Part shown: piece after piece, positions 38,399 to 52,749 of the stretch
Layout: each line of letters opens with the position of its first letter
Position numbering within the stretch: position 1 is the first letter of the stretch
Source: Octopus vulgaris
Taxonomy: Eukaryota
Assembly: GCA_951406725.2 (NCBI GenBank)
Contig: OX597824.1
Coordinates: 59,024,001-59,088,000 of the forward strand
Direction: 5' to 3'
Length of the DNA: 64,000 bases
Translations under genes and position numbers: made by a program
The notes under the pieces: generated by a model
What the model was told of the DNA's origin: nothing
What the model saw: only the letters and a program-made list of their open reading frames with translations
Database searches by the model: none

Positions 38399-39333
38399 CA
38401 TAAAACATACTATAATCAAATATCAAACAATACAATGACGAGAAGAAATGAATTAGATAAATTCGGAGTAAAGAAAAGAATAGCGGGATCAACTAGATAA
38501 GTTATAAGAGAAAGATGGTGGTGGTGGAAAATGTTTAGAGGTAAAATTAGTGATGGCCGAATGCTGGTCATTTGGAAATGAGTAATTACATACTTACTCA
38601 CAAATGCCTGAGTGTGTGTGTGTATGTGTGTGTGAGTGTGTGTGTGTGTGTGTGTGCGTGTGTGTGTGTGTGTGTATGCGCGCATATCTATACATGTATG
38701 CTTATATATCAATTTACGTTTGCATCAAAACGCGTGCAGAAGTACACTTATCAAAGGAAACCACAAATACACTCACTCACACACGTACGTACACATTTGC
38801 TCGCGCACGCACAATAAGGTGCACGCAGTAACACACATGCACATATGCATATTTATAGACAAAGAGAATCAGTTAATGAGTGAACAAGGGGCGGTGAGAG
38901 ATTTATAAAATGGCGACAAAAGAAATAAACCTGATGACGTATAAATGTTTCTCGAATCCGTTTAAGAAATCTGAAGTAATTTTGTGTGGTCATCTTGAGA
39001 AATAAGTGGTAGAAGACAGGATTCAAGTTACGGAGATGGGTAGGCAGAGGATACGTGATAATGATAAAGAAGAGGAAGGATGATGAGCAGAAGAAAAATT
39101 GTGACGATGATGGTGAAGTGTGGTAGGGATAGTGGTGATGGTGGGTGATAATGACGATGATGATGAGGATGTTGATTATAGTGTGGAGAGAGAAAAGTGT
39201 GGGATTATAGTGTGGGAGAGAGTGGTGAAGAGAAGGAAGCCAGAAGAATAAATAATGAATAAATAATATAAACAACACACCAGCCACAACAACAGCCACT
39301 GGGGTGATAAGCATGAAGAATACACACACACAC

Positions 39334-39389
<56 letters not shown>

Positions 39390-39453
39390 CTAATCGAACA
39401 TAGAAAATAACTATAACAACAAAGAGGACGTGCACATAGAATGTTCACCACAC

Positions 39454-39497
<44 letters not shown>

Positions 39498-39498
<1 letters not shown>

Positions 39499-39790
39499 GT
39501 ATTTCGGGATGGTCATTTTTTTCTGTTTTTCCAAATAAACGCGCGTACAATATATTTTTCTTTATTCGTTTATTACTGTTCTTGCTCCACTTACTCCATT
39601 CTCTGAAATGGAGTAAGTATCCCTGAAGACGTCACAGATGTGTGACAAAATATTCCAGAACAATGGAGATGAGTTAAAATAATAAAATAAGAACAGTAAT
39701 AAACGAGTGGAGTAAAAATATGTATTGTGCGTGTGTTTATTTGGCAAAAAAAAAATGACCGTTCCGAAATACATCTGTTTTGACACACGA
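39498..39790 (+). mobile_element. PLE pseudo-LTR fragment with inverted arms and an HHR remnant
   Basis: 39498-39583 is inverted relative to 39689-39773. CTGAAGA-c-GTCAC agatgt GTGAC-aAAA-tat-TC lies at 39623-39655. Homologous to 11730-11900 and 34085-34240. Confidence 0.6.
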
Positions 39791-39823
39791 TTTCACATCT
39801 TATTTCTTTACTGCCCACAAGGG

Positions 39824-40028
39824 GCTACATACAGAGGGGACAAACAAGGACAGACAAACGGATTAAGTCGTTTATATCGACCTCAGTGCGTAACTTGTAC
39901 TTATTTAATCGACCCCGAAAGGATGAAAGGTAAAGTCGACCTCGGCGGAATTTGAACTCAGAACGTAGCGGCAGATGCAATACCCTAGAGCGTTTCGTCC
40001 GGCGTGCTAACGTTTCTGCCAGCTCGCT
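39824..40028 (-). mobile_element. SINE family B copy
   Basis: Colinear with the 2646-2874 copy. Confidence 0.88.
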
Positions 40029-40072
40029 GATACCTGCAACATACCTGATTTCACATCTTGCAAAACGAATTG

Positions 40073-40112
<40 letters not shown>

Positions 40113-40499
40113 CTTTAATACACATACTGACAGAGCTACTAATAGTTTCATGCTTTTATGATACTTAGAATAGTGATATTTATAAAATAACGCCATGTAT
40201 CTCCAAGCAATATTTTGACGCTGTTAATATTATATCTGTTATAAAATCTAGGACGCTAACTGTGAGAAAATATGAAAAATGAGAAGATTGATGCAAAAAA
40301 TGGAACGAGAAAAAAGAAACTAAAGCAAGGAAAGCAAGATCCCCGTCGTCCCTGATTACAGAAACCTCAGTTAATGCAGCTGATATAGAATAAGATAACA
40401 TAAAATATGTCAATGTTTGCGAAACAGCAACTCGATCTGAATTAGTCTCCTCTAGTTCGATAAAAGAATCTGGAATTAAGCAATGTTTGATTTCTTGGA

Positions 40500-41225
40500 T
40501 CTAAGAAGAACATGAGATCTTTCTGCAACGCATTTCTTAGTTGCATTTCTTAGATCTATTGATATGGATTTCTGCACTATCCTCCATTCGATTGTATTTG
40601 GTGTGGAAAGAAGATAGGTGGTTTGCATAACGTTTTTTTTTTTTCTAAAATCGCTTTCATATAACCAGATTTAATTCTTTTTAATTAAGTTATCTTGAAG
40701 CGTTGCTGTAATTTTTGCCTCGCATATGAAGGAGTTTATCACACGCCTACTTAAGTGGGAAAACTTCATGATTTCGACTGTTACAACTAGGAGTGAACTC
40801 TTGGTGATTTTTACAACTTTCAATGTTCTTCATAGTGGGGCAGCAATTACTTAAACTCTTCTTGTATTTGTGATTTATTGGGAAATGCTTATCTAAAAGC
40901 GGCCTAATTTGCTAAATATAACAATGAATCTTTTCCTAAATTTATCAAGGTTATGACCATGAGATATTCCCAACCCATCGTCTCGATACAGATCAACACC
41001 ATGGGATGGAAACTTGGATTTCAATATAAAGAGCTCCACAAGATCACAAATGTCTGCACTGTTATACAATCTCATCAATGCATCAAACGATTCGTCTGTA
41101 TCTGATGTTTTAACTCATGCTCAGCCCTTGCTAAGTAGAAGAATTTTCTCGCATGCATGATTAGTTCAGATTTATTTGATCTATATCATCACACGTTTTT
41201 GTAAACTCAATCACCTTATCGTTGT
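40500..41225 (-). mobile_element. decayed Penelope-like (Naiad-type) RT fragment
   Basis: YNSADICDLVELFIL..LYRDDGLGI..LDKFRK, then KHFPINHKYK, which resembles RHFPVNHTYR of the 51365 ORF. Confidence 0.75.
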
Positions 41226-42004
41226 TTGATATTGGTAGTGGTAGTGATGGTAATGGTGGTGGTGGTGGTGGTGTTGATGGTGATAGTGTCGGTGGTAGCG
41301 CAGTAGATGGAAGTGTAGTAATGGTCGTGGTGAGAGATGGTGAGAGAAATGATGTGACTACAGTGAACGGTAGACGAGAGATCGCCATTGGCGTCCACTC
41401 AGGATCAGACATTTTCCCTAACAAAACTGACAATAGTATGGTTAAAGTAACTGACACCGCAATAGCGATTACCTGTTTGTAGCAATAATTTTGAGAAATG
41501 ACGAAATTACGTTGACTTAGCTACTGAAGAATTAAAAAATATAATTATATGGATCCCCCATTGATATCACCGATGAATACATTCCAGTAGTTCGAGTACT
41601 GAACTACTTACTTATTGAATAATAGTGCAAATTGGCTGAATATTTTAGCTACTTGTAACTCTAACATAATAAGAAAGTATAATCAGTATGTATGATAAGT
41701 TGGTTATTTGAATAGCAGGTACACTCAATCCCACGGGATTCTACAGTTTTCAGATACTGACAAACATTGGAACAATTCAAGGGGATCGTAGATGTCACCT
41801 GTTCAAGGAGTGTGATCGAACGCGGTTCTGGTACTTACAAAAGGAACATCTTCACCGCTGCTCTTGTCTGTATCATACATGAATGGAGCCTATTTTTATT
41901 GATCGCAGAGGACGATAAAATATAACTTTTCCAGTGCAGGATTTGCACCCAGGGTTTCAAGAGTCATAAAAAAACAAATAAAATGTATTTAATCAACGCA
42001 CTTA

Positions 42005-42260
42005 TTGCGTTGGTCAACTCTATCGAAGGCTTTCGACTATTCCAGATTGATCCAGACCCCAGCAGCGCCAAATCCAGATTTGTTACTCATTATCTATCTG
42101 ATGTATCGCATGAGGTGGAGGTTTTCGTAACTGGGTCTATTGGGAATCGCACTCGTTTGTACTTCTCTGATCAAACCACCTTCAACATGCCTCAACCAGT
42201 TTGCTAATACTTTGGCCAACATTTAACCTCTGCATTTTACAGGGTTGTGGACCGGAAGTT
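42005..42260 (-). mobile_element. older Tx1-type RT fragment
   Basis: LAKVLANWLRHV..QTSAIPNR..ENLHLMRYI..INLE*SKAFDRVD, homologous to the 35267-37459 ORF. Confidence 0.8.
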
Positions 42261-43378
42261 ATATATAATGTTCCGTTTGGTGGCGTCATGTCTCAGCAGC
42301 ATTAATACACCCGTCTCACAGAACTGAGAATTCTCACTAATAGAAATGGTAATAATAATAAACAGAAGTTGAAGAAGGAGTACAATCGCATGAGTTTATA
42401 CTGAAACGCTTGTAGAGTTGTTGTTGTTTTTGCTGCTGCTGCTGCTGCTGCTGCTGTTGCTACTGTGTGTGTGTATGAGAGCGTGTTTGTGTGTGTGAGA
42501 CAGTGAGTGTATGAGATCGTGTTTGTGTGTGTGAGACAGAGTGTGTGTGCGTGTGTGTGTGTATGTGCGTGTGTGTGTGTACGTGTGTTGTAGTTATTGC
42601 GATATACAAACGCTGTAGTTAATGTTGCAGAGTTTCTTTTCTGGTTGAAATACCGCGGAGTGTTGTATTTGCAAACTGACTGTGAATGTGTAAATCAACT
42701 GCAATAGTGATTATATATGTAAGGAAAGAGAGGGAGAGGGAGACAGAGACAGAGAGCGAAAGAGACAGCCAGAATTACACACAGATAGATAGACAAACAG
42801 ACAGACAGACTGAGGGAGAATGAGAGAGTGTATATATAGTTTAGAGGAACAAAATGAGAGGCTGAGAGAGAAATCGTTCATTAATTAGGTTACCTTGTAA
42901 ATGTTTGCAATCAATGAGGCGTGACATAAGACGTCTGCTGCACTCATTTACTGTGGAGTGGGTTGAATTTAGACTCCAGTACACTCCTGGGACTCAACTA
43001 GCATCCCATACCCACGACTACTGTCTCCTTATGAACGTCATTTGTCGCATTCATATTCATACAGGCATGCATGCATACAGACATATATATAAAGACACCC
43101 TCGTCTATACGACAATATATTTGGAACTATATACCTAGACACAAATACATACATGCATTTACACACATATATACATTCATACATATACACATACATATAT
43201 ACATACATACACACGCACACACACACACACACACACGCGCACACATACTGATGTATATGCGCGTGTGTATATCTGTGCAATATATATATATGTGCATATA
43301 TCTCTGTATATATATTTGTGCATGTAAGTATATGGATATGTGTGTGTTTGTGTGTTTGTGTGTGTGTGTATGCGTGTG

Positions 43379-43432
<54 letters not shown>

Positions 43433-43843
43433 AGTATACAAACACATAGATGTATACATAAGCATGATTATATATAGTAATATCTATCAACAACTTGCTG
43501 AGAATTTATTGGCTTAGGACTGAGAATGTTTATCATGAGACACCCTACGATGTTGGAGCGAATATAGAAATTTCTTGATTATAGGAGATTCGTTCATTGC
43601 TGAGAAGCTTGGTTACTCTATAACCCAAGGGCTTCCAACGAAGCATGGATATTGCCATTCGTAGTTACCACTACACACTACTAAAAATATAGGATATAGT
43701 TTAAAAATCAGATGCTTCTATGAGTGTGAGGGCAAAAATCTGAAAGCAACCTTTACTGTTTTTAGAATCTCCAGATTGTTTCAATTCTTGGCAAAATGTG
43801 TTAATTCTTCTTACAATATATCTCTAGTAGTAGTAGTAGTAGT

Positions 43844-43960
43844 GAAGGCGCGTAGTCTCTGGTTAGGGTGTTGAACTTACAATTGCAAAATTGTGGTTTC
43901 GATTCCTAGACAGACTGTGCGTTGTGTACTTGAGCAAAACACTTCATATCACCTTGTTGC
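43844..43960 (+). mobile_element. degenerate tRNA-derived SINE head
   Basis: GGCGCGTAG..TGGTTAGGG..GGTTTCGATTCC..CTTGAGCAAAACACTT. Confidence 0.6.
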
Positions 43961-43994
43961 CGGCTGCTTTGAGTTGGTCGTTCAACGACGACGT

Positions 43995-43995
43995 T

Positions 43996-44068
<73 letters not shown>

Positions 44069-44072
44069 CAGC

Positions 44073-44125
<53 letters not shown>
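43995..44125. repeat. (TAG)n/(CAG)n microsatellite
   Basis: Read directly from the sequence. Confidence 0.95.
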
Positions 44126-45046
44126 AAGAGGAGGGGGAGGGGGTGTGTGCTCTACAAGAACTACAAGAGCACAAACACGCAAATATGACCACTTGCCAGA
44201 AACATTGATTTTGACGACATCACTTCAGGTGTTTTATAGGGCTATCACCTGGCATCATTACTATATAGCATCTACCGGAAGTACATCTTCCGCAATTCCA
44301 TTGACGCAATTAATTTTATTATATTATATTATATATATTATATTATATTTTATATGTTGTATTATATTATATCATTTTATTTTATATTATAATACCAGAG
44401 ATACCCGTTGCTGCTCGGGTATTCTATCGAACAACCACCATGAAATTATGTAGAAATTTCAGGTCACATGATAACTAATTAATTGTATATCAACTCTGTG
44501 TATTATCTCTGACGTAGGAATTACAATGAAAATATTATTACATTACAGTACACAACACTGTATCATGTTGCTTTATATTTTGATAATAATGAATATAGCA
44601 TTTATATTGTGTACGTATATATGTTTCTTTGAGTCAAAATGTTACATTGCTATGGTTGTATACACACTATACTATTAAACACACCGGTATTTTAATCTAA
44701 GGTTGTTTCGCGTGAATATATTATATTATGTTATATCAAATTATATAATAGCTAACATAAATTTTCATTGGTTGATTGAGTGATTTCTCCTGTCGCGTTT
44801 TATTTCGTGCAGGAAGAGGGTGTGAGAGAGTAAAGGGGAAATACTGAGTTAGCATGAGATGTGGAAGATGAGTGCACATACTAGGCTTGGTGGCAAGCTT
44901 TGAGTAAAAGAACTCTGCGCACGCAATGATAGAGGAAGAAATATAGAAATAGAGGAAGCAAAGAAGGCGGACAGAGAGTAAATGACAGTAGTTATGGCAG
45001 GAATTATACAAATGAGAAATTTGTTTTATTTTATTTTATTTTGATG

Positions 45047-45099
<53 letters not shown>

Positions 45100-47106
45100 T
45101 TGTTTTATTTTGTTTTTGAAATTTACTATTTCTTTTATCATTTTGTACAAGTAAACTGAATTGAAATTATTGTATGTGTGCCATATTTTCTGGTGTTTCA
45201 CTGCAAATGTATACTTCTAGCGTTAAGCTTCATATGAGAGGGTAACTCTCAACTTATATTATACTAAAATATATAATATTACAAAACATTTTATTATATT
45301 ACATTTTATTATATTATAATATATTATATCATATATAACATTATATTATAACATTTTATATATTATTTTACATTATATTTACAGTACATTACATTACAAT
45401 AATTCATATTATATATTTCACATATATTATATTACGTAATTTTATTATTTTATAATGTATTTAGTATGTACATTCTCTTGTTTCAGGTTATAGATTTACT
45501 TCTGAGACCAATCAGAGATAAACGTGTAAATATGAACTTTTTATATATTTTATGTTAATATCACTTTTTAAAATGTTTCTCTGACAAATAATGTGGATCA
45601 GTAATAATGCTTAAATAGAGAACCCATAAACATTAATATATACTTAGACGAAAAGCACTCTCATGCACACACGCATACAAACACATTCATACACACAAGC
45701 ATGCACAGGCACTAATACACATACATATATATAGAAAACACAGAGTGACACATATAGGACACAGACATACACACACATATAAACATAATTTAAGATGCAA
45801 GTACTCACACATACATACATTCAGACGCAAACATACACTCACACGTGAAGACACTGACACATACACATAGAAACTGAGACTAAGGCATACAAAACACTCA
45901 TATGTAAACACGAAGGACAAACACAGTTTGTGACAAAGAAAGTACTCACCCACACACATGCACACACAATCATATGCGCACACAAACATACTTGCTCATA
46001 AACAAGCATCCACATACGAACGAACATATATATGTATATTAAATATAAAACACTCACCTCACATACATATTAACATACACATAAACCTCCGCACAAACAC
46101 ATGTATACGTATACACACTCAACCACATATACACACACATACACATGCAGATACTCAATCACAATAAAAGAGAGTGAGACATAGAGCACTCATGCGCGGA
46201 CACTACACATGTGCACACATATGCGCACAATTAGAGGCGGTGTGAATCCCGAACCAAATCTACCAAACAGTCAGATGCTGATGGACAGAATGGTGGACAC
46301 AAGTTTCTTTTTAATTGAAATTTCCCTCTTCAAACCTTAGTCTGTGTCGTGGCTGCCATCTTAGTTGAGATCACTTCCGGTAGTCCCGATTTGCATTTTG
46401 TTGCTATATTCCCAGCTTTCTCTCATTTACCGTGTTACCGACCTCTCTAACAGACATACACGTACACACTACCAATGCAGAAACAGCCGGGCGCCCGCGC
46501 AAACACACGCACGCACACACACAGACAAACACACACGCACGCACACACACAGACGAACACACACGCACGCACGCACAAACACACACGCACACCATTAACA
46601 CACGTATACACAATCACAGATCTCCCTACACACGCATCACCTCCACTACCACAACCACCACTACCACCTCCACCACCATCGCTACCATCGCTACCATCGC
46701 CGCCACCGCCACTTTGCTATCCTAATCAGTACTATTAACAACACCATCACCACACTCGTCTCTATCATCATTATTATTTTCTCCACTAGCGTCTTCACAA
46801 CCACTATTACCGCCACCAACAGCACTAACGCAACCATCTTCATCAATATAATTACAGCCACATCAATATAATGCTACCACAGCTACTATGATCATATTCA
46901 TGGTGACTACTGCTACTACACACCAACACCGTCAACATCATCATTACAATCACCTCTACCCTTACCATCTCATCTGAGCCATCACGTCAACAACTGAATA
47001 ATCATCGTACAAATCGACGGAGATTCATTTATTTCCTTAGATTCTCGTTTGTTCTCCCGTCCTCCCCTCCAATTTCCTTGTCTAGTAGAATTCATTCTTT
47101 CTCCCA

Positions 47107-47144
<38 letters not shown>

Positions 47145-47537
47145 TCCCACTCTACTGACCTCCTAGTCTCCAAACACTCTCTTTTCATTGTGTGTGTATT
47201 TGTGTGAGTGTGTGTCCAAACCCTCTCCTCTTTTTTCTCCCCCTCGCTCTCTTTCATACCTACCATCATATATTCCCCGCCCGTTTCTCTTTCCCTTTCC
47301 ACTTATTTGCGTATATGCTCGCGTATGAATAAATGTGTGTGTATAATATTCTCACGACAATTCACTCCAAGATCATTAGTGTCTCCATGTTGTCACTTTA
47401 CTGTTAACACCTAAAATGGCTTCTCTAATACGACTACATCAACGGCACTGAACTTCTCCGTCATGTTTGTTGCTTCGTGATTTCTTCACCATTCTAACAT
47501 TGTTTGTTTGATTAAACACAACATATTTGCTTATCAA

Positions 47538-47712
47538 TTCTTCTTCTTCTTCTTCTTCTTCTTCTTCTTCTTCTTCTTCTTCTTCTTCTTCTTCTTCTTC
47601 TTCTTCTTCTTCTTCTTCTTCTTCTTCTTCTTCTTCTTCTTCTTTTCTTCTTCTTCTTCTTCTTCTTCTTCTTCTTCTTCTTCTTTTTCTTCTTCTTCTT
47701 CTTCTTCTTCTT

Positions 47713-47802
<90 letters not shown>
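47538..47802. repeat. (TTC)n then (TTA)n microsatellite
   Basis: Read directly from the sequence. Confidence 0.95.
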
Positions 47803-48599
47803 GCCGTCAGCCTGGTAAGCCTCGCTTGACCTCACTTGACAAAAATAATGTATTTGCACCCTCCACCATCGTGGACAACAAGTTATTTGCTGTCGAGTGG
47901 CGAGTTTATTTTCCTGTTTTTTCCCCCAGTTAGGGGGGACAGGTCAATTGATTTTGAATTTTTAATCATAGTTGTTTGTGCTTTCCCCACCAACATGGAG
48001 AAAACAACAGCAACATACGGTAACGCTCATATGTGAGAATGCGTGAGAGAGTGAGGAGCGTCACCAAATGTCAATGAATGAGAGTGCGAGTGTACGAAGC
48101 GATTTCGGGCTGAAAAAAGAACAGACGAAAGCTGTATTTTTGGCGAAAAATAGGACAAAAAGGCCAACAGAGCCCATTTTTACGAGAAGGATCTCATTGT
48201 TCGAAATAAAAGCACCAATTTCGAAAATATAAACAATGAGAGCCCTTTCGTGAGCGAAGCAACGGAAGAGTTGAGTACAAGTAACAACAACAGCAAGAAC
48301 AACATTAGCAGCACGAGCGTCAACAACAGAGTCAATAACAAAGACAACAGCAACAACAGCAGCAGCAGCAACAACAGCAACAACAACAAAAATAGCAACA
48401 ACACTGACAAAAACTATGAAGGAGCTAAGACACAAACCGGTGCAACAGCTTGGATTAGCTCTTCTAAACTTTCTTAAGCCGGAGCAGCCAAGTCAACTCT
48501 TCAGATAAATACAATCCTCTGAAGAGGAAGTTTAAAATGCTAGAGAGAGACGGAACAAATGTAAAGTTATATACTCCACTTCCTACTTGAGACAAACCG

Positions 48600-49250
48600 G
48601 GATATGATACGCCGCACAGAGACGTACCGTACATTCCATTGAAAATCAAGAAGAGTGGAGAGAGCCACAGATGCTCAAATACAAAAAAGCTTTAGGTTCT
48701 GTGTGGAATCTAAAGGAATATATACAGAGAGTAAGGGCCTATGGAATGGTACACATTCCATTCCGCACCGAGGAAGAAGCTAAACATTGTTCTCTGAATG
48801 CCCTCAAAAGCGAGGAGCTGTTGTTAGTTCCTTTCTGCTGCGTCAGAGACTGGCCAAAATCATAATTCAACAAGTGCTGCCAGATGACCATAAAACTTCT
48901 CTTACAAACGACTCAAAGCAATGTGGATCTCATCCTGGACCGGACCCTTCTTCCTAGAGGTAGCATGCTTCCATTCAGGGTAGCTGGAAGGAAAGCAAAG
49001 TGCCACAGCTACTTTTCAACTAATCATTTAAAAGTCTCCTGCCCTAGACTGAAGGAAAAAGAGAGACGAACACCTCTCCTCCCTATACCAACAACGGCCA
49101 GCAGAACTCTAGCGACAAAAGCAACAGCACCATCAGCAGCAGAAGTTTCAGTCGTGGTACCACCAACACCAACAACCATACCGGCACCAAATTTACCAAA
49201 CTCTTCTCAGCACCCGAAGATGTTGCACATCCCGATGAGAAGCGGGTAGA
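48600..49250 (+). mobile_element. decayed LINE ORF1 (gag-like, probably Tx1/L1)
   Basis: GMVHIPFRTEEEAK.. and RVAGRKAKCHSYFSTNHLKVSCP (an eroded CCHC knuckle), followed by a Pro/Thr/Ala-rich linker. Confidence 0.55.
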
Positions 49251-49500
49251 CATCACAGGTGGAGAGTATGAATGCGATGAGGAGTAGAAGTTGAAAGCAA
49301 AACAAAAAGCAAAGCGGAAAAGCACATGGAAAAACAACAATCCACATCCACACATGCTGTAGAAAGAAAAAATCAAAGCGACAAAAACATATACACCCAA
49401 AATAAACACTGCATAGATACCACCACTCGAACACCTGAAACACAAGCTGTCCTACACACGCAACTACAACAACAACAGCAAACATAACAAGCACAAATCC

Positions 49501-49559
49501 CTCGCTGATGAAGGGAGAATCTTATTTAGATTAATCTAGAAATCGGAACCGATTCGGAG
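49501..49559 (+). ncRNA. type I hammerhead ribozyme, core intact and stems I/II partly eroded
   Basis: CTCG-CTGATGA-aGGGAGAATC ttattta GATTAATCTa-GAAA-TCGGaaCCGA-TT-CGGAG. The downstream TGCTGGCCACAGATAA..ATCCTTAT resembles the terminal repeat of the 10205 element. Confidence 0.7.
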
Positions 49560-49801
49560 ATAATTATATTTTTATGAATTTCTGTTAGCTTGCTTCCCTC
49601 GTTTCAGCATTTGGTGTAATGATATAAGTGGATATATTTTAAGTGGTTAGATGATTTAGCGTCTATTTTTCAGCGTATATTTTTAGCGTCTATTTTCAGC
49701 ATATTGGCTGTTTATAATGGGATAATTTTCACCTTAACAGGTGCTTTTTTCTGCTGGCCACAGATAAAAAATTTTTATAAAATTATATCCTTATATTACA
49801 A

Positions 49802-49838
<37 letters not shown>

Positions 49839-49849
49839 TTGTATCTCAA

Positions 49850-50095
49850 ACAATAAGAGACTCACTGTTTGCAGATGATTGTGCCCTAGTTACTCATACA
49901 CTGATAGATTTGCATCGGCAGCCAGCTATTTTGACACAACTAACAAGATAAAAATGAGTGAACTGTTGTATTAGCTAAGTCCTGGTAACAATCTAGAAAT
50001 CTTATCCGGCGTTTTCGTTGAAGGTAAAGCTCTGAAAGCAGTTGAAACTTTCATATATTTGGGTTGTACAGTAACAAGTGATGCAAAACTTGGCT
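49850..50095 (+). mobile_element. RTE LINE RT fragment
   Basis: IRDSLFADDCALVTH..LKAVETFIYLGCTVTSDAKL. Confidence 0.8.
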
Positions 50096-50211
50096 GGTTA
50101 TCTTTGTCTTCTCGCTAAAAGCTCATACGTTGTCATCGACGGGAGAGTCCTTCACATACATGCATATACATGTGTGTGTGTGTGTATGTGTGTGTCTTTG
50201 TGTGTGTGTGT

Positions 50212-50430
50212 CTTCTTTCACCTTTTACTTGTTTCAGTCATTTGAGTGAGGCTGCGGTCATACTGCAGCATCGCCTTGAAGGATTTTAGGCGAATCAATC
50301 GATCCCTGTATCTTTTTCCATTAAAGGATGGTGCTTATTCCATCGGTCTTTTAAGGAACCACTAAATTACGGGAACGTAAACACCAATACTATTTGTCAA
50401 TTAGTGAAGGAGGACGGGCACAGACACACA
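50212..50430 (-). mobile_element. SINE family A 3' part
   Basis: CTTTTACTTGTTTCAGTCATTTGA..GCGGTCATACTGCAGCATCGCC. Confidence 0.75.
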
Positions 50431-50434
50431 CAGT

Positions 50435-50522
<88 letters not shown>

Positions 50523-50565
50523 TATATACATGCACGCACAAATATATACATATATATATACATGC

Positions 50566-50600
<35 letters not shown>

Positions 50601-50843
50601 CATATCAAAGGGAAATGGAAATTAATAGAAATTTTCACTTCCAGTGGCCTAGCGTGTAAAAAATTAGTCAAAAGACTATGTATTTATTACTCATTAAAAC
50701 ACAGTGTACATTTAAACACATAAGGAATCCACTCGTGGGATTCAACACGCTAGAAAGAACAGCTAGGTTCTATAACCACAAAATTAGGGACAAAATTCGA
50801 CAGGAACAAAATGAAAAAATAAAAAAAATTTACCCTCTACTGT

Positions 50844-50914
50844 CCTGGACCAATTGGTTTCTGATTTTAGTTAAGCAAACATAATATTCGCTAGGTGAAA
50901 GCTTTTTCAACAGG
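50844..50914 (-). ncRNA. degenerate hammerhead ribozyme
   Basis: Minus strand CCTG-tTGAAaA-...-a-GAAA-CCAATTGG-TC-CAGG. Stem I and the palindromic stem III are intact, with two substitutions in the CUGANGA box. Confidence 0.5.
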
Positions 50915-51364
50915 TACACCTTTAGATTAAATATATAAAACACGAGACAGTCAACTATGTTCCTCATGTTTATACATCCTAATTTTTTCAAAATCTACTG
51001 CGCAGACGCAGCCCTTCGTCGGCAATAAAAATGCCTACTTTTAAAATCCGAAAATTTGTACAAATGTTTTGTGTGTGTGTTGTATGTAGTGTGTGCATGC
51101 GTCTATATGTGTGCATGTGTGTGACTGTGTGTGCGTGTGTGTGTGCATGTGTGTATGTGTATGTGTGTGTGTACGTGTGTGTGTGTGCGCATGTATGTCC
51201 GATAAGGACATTTTTAATAGCGTTGCCCCAGCTTATAATAAGGCTTTAAAAGATAGTGGTTTTAGCGAAAAAATCAAATATACACCTGTTACTAGCCCAA
51301 CAGTAAAGAAGAGGAAAAATAGAAATAGGAAGATCATCTGGTTTACACCCCTTACTCACCCGAG

Positions 51365-52084
51365 GTGACCTTCAATATAGGTAAATATTTCTTAACACTG
51401 ATAGATAGGCATTTTCCAGTTAACCATACTTATAGGAACCTCTTCAATAAACACAATTTAAAAATTAGTTTTATTTCTACTACCAATTTTAAAAATATAA
51501 TCACACATACCATACAAAAACCACAACTAGAAAACAGCTGTTCATGCAGGAATAAAAAATTGTGCCCGCTAAATGGAGCTTGCATGTCCGAGACCATCTT
51601 CTATGAAGCTACCGTGGACTCTATAACCACTAAAGACACCGTTTCGACGAAGAAATACGTGGGCCTTACAGAGGGTAATTTCAAGGCCAGGTTCAATAAC
51701 CACACCTTGAGTTTTAGGCACTGGAACAAAAGAAAAGCGACAAAATTATCTAATCATATTTGGTCTTTAAAAGATAAAGGTGTCGATTATAATATCCATT
51801 GGAAGATTTTGGCCAAATGTAAGCCCTATACCAACGGCAGCGGAAGGTGTGGTCTATGCGACATGGAGAGATGGCTTATCTGGAAAAGCAGCTTAGACCC
51901 TACTACATGTCTAAACTCAAGGACAGAACTTTTCGGATCATGCCCACATATGACTAAATTTTTGTTACGTTTTTGGTCCCCTAAAGAAAACAGATATATC
52001 TTGCTTTCTATATTATGTCCCAAAAATGTTTTTATCTCATTATACCTTTTATTATGTCATATATTTTTATATTTTCACACATAA
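51365..52084 (+). pseudogene. GIY-YIG endonuclease portion of the PLE ORF
   Basis: A 239-aa open frame carrying the motifs above; the RT core is absent. Confidence 0.85.
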
Positions 52085-52686
52085 TAATTTTTTCTGTACT
52101 TTTCTAGCCTGCATTTTTTCCTGTGCCTATATAGACATGTATATAGATTCATTTGTACACGTGTGTGAATATGTATGAATGGGCAGTTTTAGATGTGTGC
52201 GTGTGTGCGGGTATAAGAATGCATATATATATAGACGTTTTTACTTAGTATTTTTCCATTTTTTTGGCGGGGTGGGGGGCATATGTATATTCATTTTTTG
52301 TATATGCGTGTGTAATTATGCGTATATAAATATGTGCGGGTATGTACATATATGGGCGTGTGTGTGTATGAGTGCATAGGGGCATGTCCGTATATGAACG
52401 TGGTTTTTATGCTTTGTATACTTCCTTATGTTTTTTTCTGTTATCTTTAACCATGGTTTTTCTTGTGCTTGTGCGTATATAGACTTATGTATGAACTTTT
52501 ACGGTACGCATGTGTGTGTGCATGAGTTTGTATATATATGCGTATATATTTGTCGAAAAATGCGAGTGAAGATGTGTACGTTTTCATAGTGACGTATAGG
52601 TACGCACGTGGGTTCGCGAGCAGAATTATAATACAGTAATTTCCCTTTATATAACGGTATTTTTTCATAGCGTTTTTCAGCTGGCC

Positions 52687-52749
52687 AGATAACCGAAGAG
52701 ATGGTGTTGTGGATTTCCACTTCGGCATCTGAAACTCAGAGTTTTATCT
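52687..52749 (+). ncRNA. type I hammerhead ribozyme of the PLE, with a U4>C core change
   Basis: AGATAA-CcGAAGA-GATG..GTGGAttTCCAC..CATCt-GAAA-CTCaGAG-TT-TTATCT; stem I is a perfect 6 bp. Confidence 0.72.

Noticed and set aside
41830-41900. Possible 51-nt minus-strand exon with a GTAAGT donor
   Set aside because: There is no polypyrimidine tract, and the donor overlaps the SINE-like CTGGTACTTA motif.
44390-44425. Helitron-like 3' hairpin (TACCCG..CGGGTA)
   Set aside because: The CTAG terminus is imperfect and no matching 5' end was found.
51365-52084. Selenocysteine recoding, as reported for some Naiad PLEs
   Set aside because: The conserved Cys codons are TGC/TGT with no in-frame TGA. The upstream break is explained by a 1-bp frameshift.
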